DNA from: an uncultured Candidatus Saccharibacteria bacterium
GTDB lineage: Bacteria; Patescibacteriota; Doudnabacteria; UBA920
Length of the DNA: 64,000 nucleotides
Direction: 5' to 3'
Assembly: GCA_964474825.1 (NCBI GenBank)
Contig: CAYYWQ010000001.1
Coordinates: 293,609-357,608 of the forward strand
Each line of letters starts with the position of its first letter. Position 1 is the stretch's first letter. The notes beneath the pieces were generated by a model, which was not told where the DNA came from, did no database searches, and was given only the letters and a program-made list of their open reading frames with translations. The position numbers were made by a program, and so were the translations under genes. This document shows, one piece after another, positions 18,467 through 27,990 of this stretch.

Positions 18467-19771
18467 CTAGGGGGCCGATAAAAAGTCCAAAGGGTTATAT
18501 GTGTAGCCAAAAGGTAAACGGTAAGGTCCATAAATTTTTGTATAAGCTCCCGACTGGACGCCAAATCCTTCAGCGTCATAAACCCCAAAGTGGACATGGT
18601 ATCCCCGCTCAGGCCCATAAAGTTTTTTGGTGGTGTTGCCGGTATTACCCTCATACCCAATAATATCTCCTTGTTTAACCGCCTGGCCCTTAGTTACATT
18701 AATGCTTCTCATATGCCCGGAAACAGTAATTATTTGGCTTGACCCTTTCTTTGTGGAAATATTATGTTTAATTGCAACCCAATTACCGTAAGAAACGTCG
18801 CTTTTGTCGGTGTCCAGAATGGTGCCGTCTGCTGCTGCGTAAACCGGAGTGCCGGCAGGGCCCGCTACATCTATACCGTTATGAGAGCTATAGCCCAGGG
18901 CCGTAAAGCCGGTGTTGCCGTATCCTTGGGTCAGTACGCCGTCTACCGGCCAGGCCAGGACGCCTTTAGCCGCCGGTATGCTCCGGTTTCCGAGCTTAGC
19001 GCGGATTTGCGCGTCTAAATTGTCTACTTCTTTTTGCAGATCTATAGCACTTTGTTTGTTGGCTGCCAAAAGTGCTTGATAATTTTTTTCTAATCCCCTC
19101 GTTTGGTTAAGTAATTTTTGCTTTTGGTCGCGCTGCTGGCTTAATGAGTCCTGGGTAATTTGTAATTGTTTTTGGAGTTCCTGCAAAGTTTTAACCTGAG
19201 CCTTTAGGCTGTCTTGCGCGCTTTGCAATTGTTCCTTAATATCCTTAATTTTTTGGACCAGTTGGTAAATTTTACTTTGGTAATCTTTGGTATACTCAAT
19301 TTGGTCCAAAAAATCCGACAAATTTTCACTGCCAATGGTGGTCTTTAAACTGTATTCACCGTCGTATTCATTTAGCTGGACCAAAAGTTCTGAAAGAATT
19401 CGGCGGTTTTGAACAAGGTCATTATTTTTTTGTTCAATCGCCACCTGTAACTGGTCAATTTGGAAGTTTGTGTCTTCAATTTGGGTTTGTTTGGCCTGAA
19501 TTTCCAGTTCCGTGGAAGCAACCTGCTTGTCTAGGATTAAAACCGCGTTTCGCAAAGTATCCGCGGATTTTTGCGTGGCCGCAATTTGCTGTTGGTATTG
19601 TTTAATTTGTTGGTTTAACTGCGCCAGCTTGGCTTGGTTGGCTGCTTTTTTGGCATTTAAGTCGTCAACTGTCTGCGCGCTTATGAATGTAGCACTAAAA
19701 AGCAGCGTTGCAACCAAAACTAGGATAACGCCATTTTTTCTTTTAATATTTGTTTCTTTTCCATAACCCAT
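18467..19771 (-). CDS. M23 (LytM/EnvC-like) peptidoglycan endopeptidase with N-terminal coiled coil
   Basis: HxxxD...HVHFGV M23 motifs (GIDVAGPAGTPVYAAADG, GYHVHFGVY); long Gln-rich coiled coil; start set at MGYGKE with signal peptide. Confidence 0.8.
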   Translation of the reverse strand: MGYGKETNIKRKNGVILVLVATLLFSATFISAQTVDDLNAKKAANQAKLAQLNQQIKQYQQQIAATQKSADTLRNAVLILDKQVASTELEIQAKQTQIEDTNFQIDQLQVAIEQKNNDLVQNRRILSELLVQLNEYDGEYSLKTTIGSENLSDFLDQIEYTKDYQSKIYQLVQKIKDIKEQLQSAQDSLKAQVKTLQELQKQLQITQDSLSQQRDQKQKLLNQTRGLEKNYQALLAANKQSAIDLQKEVDNLDAQIRAKLGNRSIPAAKGVLAWPVDGVLTQGYGNTGFTALGYSSHNGIDVAGPAGTPVYAAADGTILDTDKSDVSYGNWVAIKHNISTKKGSSQIITVSGHMRSINVTKGQAVKQGDIIGYEGNTGNTTKKLYGPERGYHVHFGVYDAEGFGVQSGAYTKIYGPYRLPFGYTYNPLDFLSAP

Positions 19772-19820
19772 TAACCAAATTATACTATAAAAATTGGGTT
19801 TTGGCAATTTTTTGCTTAAT

Positions 19821-21338
19821 TTAGACCAACTTGTCTGTTGCAATTTTAATCCTATCCAAAATTTCCTGTTTGCCCAGTCCCAGAGCAAGAGTGGCGGTTA
19901 CCTCAAAAGGCCCGGGGCTTTTGTCTAGCCCGGTTAAAGAGCTGCGGAGCGGCCAAAGTACAGAGCCGTTGTCGTAATTTCTTTCCGCAATGAGATTTTT
20001 AACCGAAACTTCAATTTTTTCTTTAGTAAAATCAGATGGGTCTAATTTGGCGAATAAGTCAGATAGGTCCAATAAAGCCTGTTTAGTTTTTTCTTTGTCG
20101 GACTTTTTCCAAATTAAAAGTTCTGGGGAGTAGTTGGGCAGTTCAAAAAAATATTTTGTCCTCTCCCCTATTTCTGAAAGTTTTTTCAAACGCTCTTTTT
20201 CAAGTTCAGCTATGGCCTGTAAATAATTTGTTGAATATTTTTTTACATCTAACCCCGACTTCTCCCAATGTGGAATTAATTTTTCCACCAACTCCCCTAT
20301 TGGCAACTGGCGGATGTAATGGCTGTTTATCCAGTCTAATTTGGTGGGGTCAAAAACAGCGCCCGACTTATTTATTTTAGCAAGGTCAAACTGTTTAATT
20401 AATTCATCCAGGGAAAAAAATTCATCTTCTGTTTTTGGGTTCCAGCCTAAAAGAGCCACAAAATTAATTAAAGCTTCTTTTAGGTATCCTTTTGAAATAA
20501 AGTCCTCTACCGCAACATCACCCTGGCGTTTGCTGAGTTTAGATTTGTCAGTATTTAAAATTAGGGGCAAGTGGGCAAATTTTGTCGGTTCCCAGCCTAA
20601 CGCCTCATAAATAAGCAAATGTTTAGGTGTGGAAGGTATCCATTCCTCTCCTCTAATAACGTGGGTAATCTCCATGTAGTGGTCGTCCACAACAACGGCT
20701 AAGTGGTAGGTGGGGAAACTGTCCGATTTTAAAATGACCTGGTCGTCTAGGTTTTTGTTTTCATAGGTTATGTCGCCATAGACAATGTCGTGAATTGTAG
20801 TTTGGCCGTCTGTAGGAATTGCAAAACGGACTACCGGATTTTTCCCGGCTGTCTTAAATTCTTCAAGTTGTTTTTTTATTTCATCTTCCGCTAAATTCCT
20901 GCAATGCCGGTCGTACATTGTGGGTTTTTTTAAAGCCGTTTGTTCCTTGCGAAGTTCGTCCAGTCTTTGTTCGCTGCAAAAACAGTAATACGCCTTGCGT
21001 TTGGCAATAAGTTCCTCAGCATGTTTTTGATACATGGCGAGACGTTTGGATTGCAGATACGGGCCAAATTCTCCCCTCTCCCCTATTTCCGTGCCGGATT
21101 TAAAATAAAAACCTTCGTCGAATTCAATTCCTAAATTTTGCATTACACCCAACAAATTTTCCAGCGCGCCTTCCACGATCCTGTTTTGGTCAGTGTCCTC
21201 AATTCTTAAAACATGCACGCCGCCATTATGTCGCGCGAATAAAAAAGAAAACAGCGCGGTGCGCAAGCTGCCAATATGAACAAACCCCGTGGGGCTGGGA
21301 GCGAATCTTGTACGGATTGTGTTGGGTTCTGTTGCCAT
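19821..21338 (-). CDS. gltX: glutamate--tRNA ligase
   Basis: HIGS (HIGH) and KLSKR (KMSKS) class I motifs. Confidence 0.95.
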   Translation of the reverse strand: MATEPNTIRTRFAPSPTGFVHIGSLRTALFSFLFARHNGGVHVLRIEDTDQNRIVEGALENLLGVMQNLGIEFDEGFYFKSGTEIGERGEFGPYLQSKRLAMYQKHAEELIAKRKAYYCFCSEQRLDELRKEQTALKKPTMYDRHCRNLAEDEIKKQLEEFKTAGKNPVVRFAIPTDGQTTIHDIVYGDITYENKNLDDQVILKSDSFPTYHLAVVVDDHYMEITHVIRGEEWIPSTPKHLLIYEALGWEPTKFAHLPLILNTDKSKLSKRQGDVAVEDFISKGYLKEALINFVALLGWNPKTEDEFFSLDELIKQFDLAKINKSGAVFDPTKLDWINSHYIRQLPIGELVEKLIPHWEKSGLDVKKYSTNYLQAIAELEKERLKKLSEIGERTKYFFELPNYSPELLIWKKSDKEKTKQALLDLSDLFAKLDPSDFTKEKIEVSVKNLIAERNYDNGSVLWPLRSSLTGLDKSPGPFEVTATLALGLGKQEILDRIKIATDKLV

Positions 21339-21346
21339 AAACGCCT

Positions 21347-22675
21347 CTAGATTATAGCTTTTTCCCGCATTTCTTTCAAATCGTTCATGACAATTTTTGT
21401 TAGGTTAAATCTTTCAGAAGCAATTGTTTTTTCCAGCATATTAATTTCCTCCCAGTTATGATTTATAAATTCACTTCGATCGATTTTAACTTCACTGTTG
21501 TCCCCCAGGAATCGAAAATAAACAATATGTTGGAATTGCCCGGAGTAATGATATTTTTTATGGAAAATTCTTTCCCATGTTAGTGGGAAACGGTAAGAAT
21601 TGGTAAATGAGGAGATCATTATTAATTCGAGATTTTTTAAACCTGTTTCTTCCAAAATTTCTCTTTTAGCGCCGCTCGCTATATCGATATCTTTACCAAT
21701 CCCCCCCTGAGGTAATTGCCAGTAATTTTGGAATTTTTGTTTGTCTTCGCCCACCGCGTCACCCTTTTGAGGTTTTGGATTGCGACGCCCCACTAGAACT
21801 TTGTTTTGTTTATTTAAGACGACTGAAACAGCATTTTTTCGTAAAGGCATAATGCTGTAAATTTTTTCTAAAATCAACAAATTGGCCAACCCGAAGGTGG
21901 CATTGTAAATTCTTTTTATTCTGTGGGGCTGGGTAAACAGGCGCCACAGCCATTCCAGGCCAATAGCGCGGATAATGTGAGGAGGTGGGGTTTGTTTGCC
22001 TGCCAAATAGTCAAATGTGCCTCCCAGCCCTATTGCCAGTTTAACTGATAAATTTGGCAAATTTTCAACAATCCATTTTTCTTGTTTAATTGGCCCAAAT
22101 GCTACCAGTAAAATATCGGGAGCTACCTTTTTTATGTCATCTATTATAGTTGAATCGGCCGGGTTCTTATTTGACCATCCAACCACTTTGAGCTGATTAG
22201 CCGATTCGCTGATTAGCCGATTCGCCGCCAGCTCAGGCGTATCGCCAAACCCGCCAAGAAGATAGATTGATAGATTATTATCTTCCGCCAATTTAGCCAA
22301 GTCCCAAACTAAATCCGCGCCAGAAATTTTTTCCTGGAGCGCGCTCAAAATCCATTTGCGGTTAAAAATACACGCCGCCAAAGTCCATTTGGCCTGCCAG
22401 TAAGCTTGTATAATTTTTCCCCAATAACTTGTGGCTGTTAGCGGGATTTCTAAAAATCTTTTTGCCCAAAAAATCCCAATGCCGTCAGGAATGGCAAAAT
22501 CCGCCCGGTTTAAAATATCCAGAAGGCCATTGTCTTTTAACGCGGCGTACAAAAATTCCGAATACGGCGTGGTAACAAAAGTTTTTTGTCCTGCTGAAAT
22601 CTTTTGCCTCAATTGCTCTAGAAGTTCGCCTTTGGTTATGCTGTCAATTTTAAGTCCGGCAATATCTGTCTTCAT
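21347..22675 (-). CDS. WecB/TagA/CpsF-family glycosyltransferase fused to C-terminal Nudix hydrolase
   Basis: FDYLAG and EWLWRL GT26 motifs; C-terminal Nudix box GGIGKDIDIASGAKREILEETGL; start set at ATG 22675. Confidence 0.65.
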   Translation of the reverse strand: MKTDIAGLKIDSITKGELLEQLRQKISAGQKTFVTTPYSEFLYAALKDNGLLDILNRADFAIPDGIGIFWAKRFLEIPLTATSYWGKIIQAYWQAKWTLAACIFNRKWILSALQEKISGADLVWDLAKLAEDNNLSIYLLGGFGDTPELAANRLISESANQLKVVGWSNKNPADSTIIDDIKKVAPDILLVAFGPIKQEKWIVENLPNLSVKLAIGLGGTFDYLAGKQTPPPHIIRAIGLEWLWRLFTQPHRIKRIYNATFGLANLLILEKIYSIMPLRKNAVSVVLNKQNKVLVGRRNPKPQKGDAVGEDKQKFQNYWQLPQGGIGKDIDIASGAKREILEETGLKNLELIMISSFTNSYRFPLTWERIFHKKYHYSGQFQHIVYFRFLGDNSEVKIDRSEFINHNWEEINMLEKTIASERFNLTKIVMNDLKEMREKAII

Positions 22676-22744
22676 AGTCTTAATTATAACCGATTTTGAG
22701 CCTTTTTTATAGCCTAGATCCAAAAAATCCTGTATAATAGGTCT

Positions 22745-23023
22745 ATGGAATCCATAGGAAAAATAGCTAATTTTAAGCCGCGTAAGCCCAAAGCAGACAG
22801 CCATCTTCACTCCCCTGCCCATTTGTTGGCCGACGAAATGTGCCAGAAGTTCAACGACAAAAAACATTTTGGTTTTTATTTAAAAATGGCCACCTTGTAT
22901 GACCACAATTTTTTAAGGGGTTTAATGGGGCAAATACTGGAGAGTAAAACCGTGGAGACACCCGGAAAATTGTTTGCTTATTTAATAAAAAAGAAGAACC
23001 AAGAATTAAAGCCTAAAAGTTAA
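22745..23023 (+). CDS. hypothetical 92-aa protein
   Basis: ATG ORF with -10 TGTATAATA 15 nt upstream, ends 3 nt before def. Confidence 0.45.
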   Translation: MESIGKIANFKPRKPKADSHLHSPAHLLADEMCQKFNDKKHFGFYLKMATLYDHNFLRGLMGQILESKTVETPGKLFAYLIKKKNQELKPKS

Positions 23024-23026
23024 AGA

Positions 23027-23527
23027 GTGATATTACCAGTTTTAACATATCCCAATGAAATTTTACGCAAACCGACAGAGCCGGTAACTTTTCCATTGAA
23101 CAAAGATATTGTAAAGCTAACTCGGGACATGCTAGACACGGTTAAGCAGGCCGACGGCATTGGCTTAGCCGCGCCGCAGGTTGGCAGGAGCGTTAAATTA
23201 ATCGTAATCAATTTAGAAAAAAATGGCGTTCCCCCGTTTCCGCTTTATAATCCCCGCATTGTTTCTAAAGCGGGAGGCAAGGTTTACTTAGAAGAAGGAT
23301 GTCTTTCTATTCCCGGAGTTTATGGCATGGTAAAGCGTCCCAGAAAAGTAAAAATTAAAGCGCAAAACAGCAAAGGGCAGGATATAGAAATTGTAGACGA
23401 GGGGTGGGTTTCCCGCGTCGCCCAGCATGAAATAGACCACATTAACGGCGTCCTCATTATAGACTTGATCAAAAAATATACTATGGGGGAAGACAAGGTA
23501 AAAGAATGGAGGAGGCTTAAAATCTGA
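23027..23527 (+). CDS. def: peptide deformylase (GTG start)
   Basis: GIGLAAPQVG, EGCLSIPG, QHEIDHING motifs. Confidence 0.9.
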   Translation: MILPVLTYPNEILRKPTEPVTFPLNKDIVKLTRDMLDTVKQADGIGLAAPQVGRSVKLIVINLEKNGVPPFPLYNPRIVSKAGGKVYLEEGCLSIPGVYGMVKRPRKVKIKAQNSKGQDIEIVDEGWVSRVAQHEIDHINGVLIIDLIKKYTMGEDKVKEWRRLKI

Positions 23528-23556
23528 TCGCTGATCAGCTTATAAGCTTATCAGCT

Positions 23557-24093
23557 ATGAAGTTTATTAAAGATTTATTATTTTTTGAAATTAGTACCAC
23601 CGGAAACAATCCGGACACAGACAGTGTTATCCAACTCTCCGCTATTTTATTGGACAAAGATAATTTACTGGAAAAGGCCAATTTTAATTCCTATATACGC
23701 GTGAGTTACTTGGACAGCATATTAACCGAGCATTGTAAATTACTCCACGCGGATTACGACATTTTAAGGCGGAGCCCAAAAGTTTACGACTGTATTAAGC
23801 AATTTCATAACAAGTTTGGTACTAATTTATTACTGGCCAGTAATAATTTAAATAAACTCCTATTTTTAAAAGGAGCTTTCCGTAAGGCTGTGGTTCCGTT
23901 CGACTATGACCCTCATATTGTGGAGTTGTGGACTTTGGGATACATTTATACCTTGAATTACGGCCTTAAAAAAATGCCGACTTTTACCACCTTTTTGGAT
24001 TATTTTAAATTAAAGCAAAAGCACCCCTGGGATTCTATGGAAAAAGTAAGATTAGAGGCTGAGGTATTTAGGAAGATAATTAAAGAAGTATAA
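23557..24093 (+). CDS. DEDDh exonuclease-like protein, catalytically degenerate paralog
   Basis: Orn-like fold but Exo I DxE replaced by FFEIS and Exo III H..D lost. Confidence 0.65.
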   Translation: MKFIKDLLFFEISTTGNNPDTDSVIQLSAILLDKDNLLEKANFNSYIRVSYLDSILTEHCKLLHADYDILRRSPKVYDCIKQFHNKFGTNLLLASNNLNKLLFLKGAFRKAVVPFDYDPHIVELWTLGYIYTLNYGLKKMPTFTTFLDYFKLKQKHPWDSMEKVRLEAEVFRKIIKEV

Positions 24094-24096
24094 AAA

Positions 24097-24169
24097 AGTG
24101 ATTAGTGAATAGTGCTTAGTGATTAGAATTTTTACTACCCACTGACCACTGATCACCGTCCACTAACAT
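24097..24169 (+). repeat. AGTGATTAGTG / CACTGACCACTGATCAC repeat between the exonuclease paralogs, abutting start of second
   Basis: sequence read directly. Confidence 0.45.
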
Positions 24170-24730
24170 ATGAATTTCAACAAAGACATTTTACTTATAG
24201 ACCTGGAGATGACTGGGCTGGATTCCAGCAAGCATGAAATTATTCAACTTGCGGCTGTTTTGCTGGACAAAAAAACCTTGAAAGAAAAAGAGATCTTTAA
24301 TACTTTTATCCGCCCAAGCAAATGGGCTAACCGGGATCCCGAGTCCATGAAGGTTAATAAAATTGTTTTGGATAGCGTTAAAGATGCTCCCAGTTTAAAA
24401 AAAGTCATTGGGGATTTTGACCAATTGTTTGGACATAACGTAGTATTGGCTTATTATGGCGGCCCGGCAGACATGGATTTTTTACGTGCCGCTTACAAAA
24501 AAACCGGAAAAAAGTTTTTGTTTGACTATCACTACTTTAATTTGTGGGGATTATTTTTTAGCTATTTGGCCGCAAAAAATAAATTAAAAAATTCCAAAAA
24601 ATTCGCGGGGTTTAGCTTAGACGATTTTATGAAAGAGTTTAAGTTGAAATCCCTGCAGCGCCACGACGCTTTGGAAGACTGTCGCATAGAGGCTGAAGTT
24701 TTAAGAAGAATTATAAAGAATATTAAATAA
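24170..24730 (+). CDS. oligoribonuclease-like DEDDh 3-prime-5-prime exonuclease
   Basis: LIDLEMTGLD Exo I motif, HDALEDCRIEAEV Exo III motif, ~185 aa like Orn. Confidence 0.7.
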   Translation: MNFNKDILLIDLEMTGLDSSKHEIIQLAAVLLDKKTLKEKEIFNTFIRPSKWANRDPESMKVNKIVLDSVKDAPSLKKVIGDFDQLFGHNVVLAYYGGPADMDFLRAAYKKTGKKFLFDYHYFNLWGLFFSYLAAKNKLKNSKKFAGFSLDDFMKEFKLKSLQRHDALEDCRIEAEVLRRIIKNIK

Positions 24731-25650
24731 TGAAAATTATTTTTTTTGGCACGGCCAATGTCGCACTCCCTATATTAGAAGCATTGCGTAAAGAACACGA
24801 GGTTTTGGCTGTGGTTACGGTGCCCGATGCTAAGTCTGGCCGCAGCCAGGAATTTGCAGAAAGCCCTGTTTCTGCTTTGGCAACGGACTTAAAATTACCA
24901 GTTCTTAAACCGGAAAGTCCTAAAACTGACGCGGCGTTTTTAAACCAGCTTAAAGAATACAGCGCAGATATTTTTGTAGTTGTAGCTTACGGCAAGATTT
25001 TGCCTACAGAAATTATTAACCTACCAAAGCATAAATCTATAAATGTCCATTTTGCTCCCCTACCCAAATATCGCGGTGCATCCCCTATTCAAACGGCTTT
25101 GCTCAATGGCGACGAATACAGCGGCACATCTATTTTTATTTTGGACGAACAAGTTGACCATGGGCCCCTGCTTGCCCAGCAGATTGTAAAAATTGACCCT
25201 AGCGACAACTTTTTTACTCTGTCCGACAAATTAGCAAGAGTTTCCGCGGAGCTAATTAATAGCGTAATTGCGGATTATGTTTCCGGTAAAATTACGCCCC
25301 TGCCCCAAGACGAGCAACAGGCTTCTTTTACAAAGATCATTACTAAGGAAAACGGCAAAATTAACTGGCAAAACCCCGCAGGCGAAATTTATAATCAGTT
25401 TAGGGCTTTTTTCCCTTGGCCTGGAATTTGGACAACATGGAATGGCAAGAAAATAAAAATTACAGACTGCGCCCCTGTTGATCTGGAATTGCAAAAAGCA
25501 GTAGGAATAATTTCTGAGGGAGGCGTTGTGGCTTGTGGTAATAATAGTTTTTTGCAAATAAAATCGCTCAAGCCCGAAGGGAAGAGCGAAATGCTAATAA
25601 AAGATTTTTTAAACGGGAATCAGCAGTTTATTGGAAGCAAGTTAGAGTAG
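24730..25650 (+). CDS. fmt: methionyl-tRNA formyltransferase
   Basis: N-terminal formyltransferase domain with catalytic NVHFAPLPKYRG (His/Asn), C-terminal tRNA-binding domain. Confidence 0.9.
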   Translation: MKIIFFGTANVALPILEALRKEHEVLAVVTVPDAKSGRSQEFAESPVSALATDLKLPVLKPESPKTDAAFLNQLKEYSADIFVVVAYGKILPTEIINLPKHKSINVHFAPLPKYRGASPIQTALLNGDEYSGTSIFILDEQVDHGPLLAQQIVKIDPSDNFFTLSDKLARVSAELINSVIADYVSGKITPLPQDEQQASFTKIITKENGKINWQNPAGEIYNQFRAFFPWPGIWTTWNGKKIKITDCAPVDLELQKAVGIISEGGVVACGNNSFLQIKSLKPEGKSEMLIKDFLNGNQQFIGSKLE

Positions 25651-25669
25651 TAATAGAAAAATTTAAAAA

Positions 25670-25707
25670 TAAAAAAATAGAAAGATTAACGCAATCTTTC
25701 TATTTTT
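25670..25707. terminator. bidirectional terminator between fmt and mltG
   Basis: A-run, TAGAAAGATT-aacgc-AATCTTTCTA, TTTTT. Confidence 0.6.
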
Positions 25708-25729
25708 AAATATTAAATCTTTAAATTTG

Positions 25730-26590
25730 CTATTTAAGGTATTTTTGTTTGTTAGCCAAATGCTGTTCGTAGGTTTCGGCGTAATAGGCCTTGCCAGTTG
25801 TTTGGTCGTGTAAAAAGTACATGTAATTTGTGTCCTGGGGGTAAAGCGCGGCCATTATGGAAGAAAGAGAGGGGTTGCAGATTGGTCCCGGCGGCAAGTC
25901 TTTATATAAATAGGTATTATACGGGGAGTCAATTTTAGTGTCCTGCGTTGTAGCCGACGGGTCACTTTTTTTTGTAATATAGTTTATTGTTGCATCGCTT
26001 TCCAGTGCCATGCCAATACTCAAGCGGTTTGTAAAAATGCCGGCAATTATTTTCCGTTCCGCATCTAAACCCTGTTTTTGCTGTTCGGTAATGGCGCTGC
26101 GGCCGGTCTCCTTTTCTATTATTGAGGCCAGGGTAATAATTTCATAAACTGTCATACCCCGTTTTTTTGCTTGAGATTCCATGACAGGGGTAAATTTTTG
26201 GCTAAAATTAGTTAAGGCTTTGTTAATAACGCTGCCGCTGGTTGAAGTGCTATTTATGGAAGTGGGTTTATAAATCCGGTAAGTGTCGGGGAATAAAAAT
26301 CCCTGCAAATCTGCCTTTGTGGGTTTGGATTTTAAAATAGGATATTCCGAGGCGTTAAAAGTTTTCTCGGCATTTAAAAAATCACCGGCCTTTGCCAGTT
26401 GGCTGTCGTTTAGGTATTTGGCAATATCCTCCACAGTCCAGCCTTCTATTAAGGTTATGTTAACTTCAGGGGCTTTGGCCTCCTGGTGTTTTTGCTCTGC
26501 TTGCCTGCGTTCTTTATATAAAAAATATCCGCCTCCGGCGGCTATTATTACAATAATAAAAGTTATAAAACCAAAAAGTTTTTTTATCAT
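25730..26590 (-). CDS. mltG: endolytic murein transglycosylase MltG (YceG family)
   Basis: N-terminal TM, YceG-like domain (GIFTNRLSIGMALESDATINY, LPPGPICNPS). Confidence 0.85.
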   Translation of the reverse strand: MIKKLFGFITFIIVIIAAGGGYFLYKERRQAEQKHQEAKAPEVNITLIEGWTVEDIAKYLNDSQLAKAGDFLNAEKTFNASEYPILKSKPTKADLQGFLFPDTYRIYKPTSINSTSTSGSVINKALTNFSQKFTPVMESQAKKRGMTVYEIITLASIIEKETGRSAITEQQKQGLDAERKIIAGIFTNRLSIGMALESDATINYITKKSDPSATTQDTKIDSPYNTYLYKDLPPGPICNPSLSSIMAALYPQDTNYMYFLHDQTTGKAYYAETYEQHLANKQKYLK

Positions 26591-26599
26591 TAAAATGCC

Positions 26600-27040
26600 T
26601 TATTCCCCTATAATTTTAATTTTAACCTCACGCGGCCTGCCGCCGTCAGTTTCCACAAAAAACAGGCTTTGTTTAGCGCCCAGGGTAATTTGGCCTTTTT
26701 CCAAAATTAGGGTTTCGGAAGAGCCGAGCAGAAAAGCCTTAACGTGCGCATGTCCGTTGCTGCGTTCATTGGGCGCCACATTCTGCCTGACTTCAAATAA
26801 GTCATGGCTGTAGCTGATATCAAGGGGAACCAGACGGTAAAGGGTTTTCATAAGGTCCTGCATAAGCAGGGGTTCGTTATGGTTTAACCTTATAGCGGCT
26901 GTTGTATGAGGGCAAAAGACCACGACTATACCCTCCTTAATTCCGGAATTTATGGCCGCTGTTTGTATTTGGGACGTAATATCTACAATTTCAAATTGTT
27001 TTTTTGTTTCCAAGTTAATGGTTTGTGAATGGGTTTTCAT
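26600..27040 (-). CDS. YjbQ/UPF0047 family protein (secondary thiamine-phosphate synthase-like)
   Basis: 146 aa; characteristic HTTAAI and HAHVKA motifs. Confidence 0.7.
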   Translation of the reverse strand: MKTHSQTINLETKKQFEIVDITSQIQTAAINSGIKEGIVVVFCPHTTAAIRLNHNEPLLMQDLMKTLYRLVPLDISYSHDLFEVRQNVAPNERSNGHAHVKAFLLGSSETLILEKGQITLGAKQSLFFVETDGGRPREVKIKIIGE

Positions 27041-27041
27041 A

Positions 27042-27323
27042 TTAGTTGGTTTGGTTTTGGTCTTTGTCTTTAATTTTTTGCAAAATTTTATTAAGCCGCA
27101 TAGTTATGATAACAGCAACTATGGTTACAATAATGGCATAAATAAAGCGTGATATTAACCCGCCATTAGCCTTTACGTATTGTGTAATTAATTCCTTTAT
27201 TGCGTCATTCCAAGCCAGGGCTGCAACTAAAATAAAAGCCGAGCTCACTAAGCTAACGCTTTGGGAAATGATTTCTTTGTTGGTTTCTTTTACGTGTTCT
27301 TTGGTTTTGTTCAAGATCTCCAT
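27042..27323 (-). CDS. small membrane protein, unknown function
   Basis: 93 aa with two hydrophobic helices. Confidence 0.45.
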   Translation of the reverse strand: MEILNKTKEHVKETNKEIISQSVSLVSSAFILVAALAWNDAIKELITQYVKANGGLISRFIYAIIVTIVAVIITMRLNKILQKIKDKDQNQTN

Positions 27324-27361
27324 ATATATTGTATTATATCATATTTATGAATATGCGGCCA

Positions 27362-27393
27362 AATAAAAACCTCCCCGATCGTGGGGAGGTTTT
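27362..27393 (-). terminator. terminator after hup
   Basis: CCTCCCC-gatcgtg-GGGGAGG flanked by A and T runs. Confidence 0.6.
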
Positions 27394-27406
27394 ATAAACT
27401 GTGGAA

Positions 27407-27679
27407 TTAGAGGATGCTGTCTTTGGCAGCTTTGGCTACGCGGAATTTTACAACAGTTTTGGCGGCAATCTGGATGCTTTCGCCGGTTGCTGGGTTTCGG
27501 CCCATTCTAGCAGCGCGGTGCTTCTTTTGCAGTTTGCCCAAGCCTGGGATAGTGAATTCGCCGCTCTTTTTGGTTTCGGCGTAGGCAATGGCTACTAACG
27601 CGTCTAACATTTCACCGGCTTGTTTGCGGGTAACGCTTAGCTTGTCTGCTAAGGCCTGCAATGTCTCTGACTTTGTCAT
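27407..27679 (-). CDS. hup: DNA-binding protein HU
   Basis: MTKSETLQALADKLSVTRKQA...GFGKF-like arm RMGRNPATGESIQI. Confidence 0.9.
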   Translation of the reverse strand: MTKSETLQALADKLSVTRKQAGEMLDALVAIAYAETKKSGEFTIPGLGKLQKKHRAARMGRNPATGESIQIAAKTVVKFRVAKAAKDSIL

Positions 27680-27990
27680 AGAATTTTGTGTCCTTTTTCT
27701 TTTCCCTCCCCTCCGTAGGGAGGGTTTTTGTTTGGGTAAAAGATTTTAATAATTCCTTAACTAGAATAAGTTTAGCAAAAACCCCAATAAAATCAAGGTT
27801 TTTTAAAAGATGTCAAGGGTTTTAGGCTAATTCTAAAGGATATTTTTTATTTTTTGTTTAAACTTGGCTTGTTTAAGAGGGTTTTGATTTTTGAATATCC
27901 ACAAGGAAGACAATTTAAAAATAGAAAAATAAAAATATTTAAAGATTGCCGAGAATCATTCTATTTTTAAATCTTTGAATCTTTAAATTG

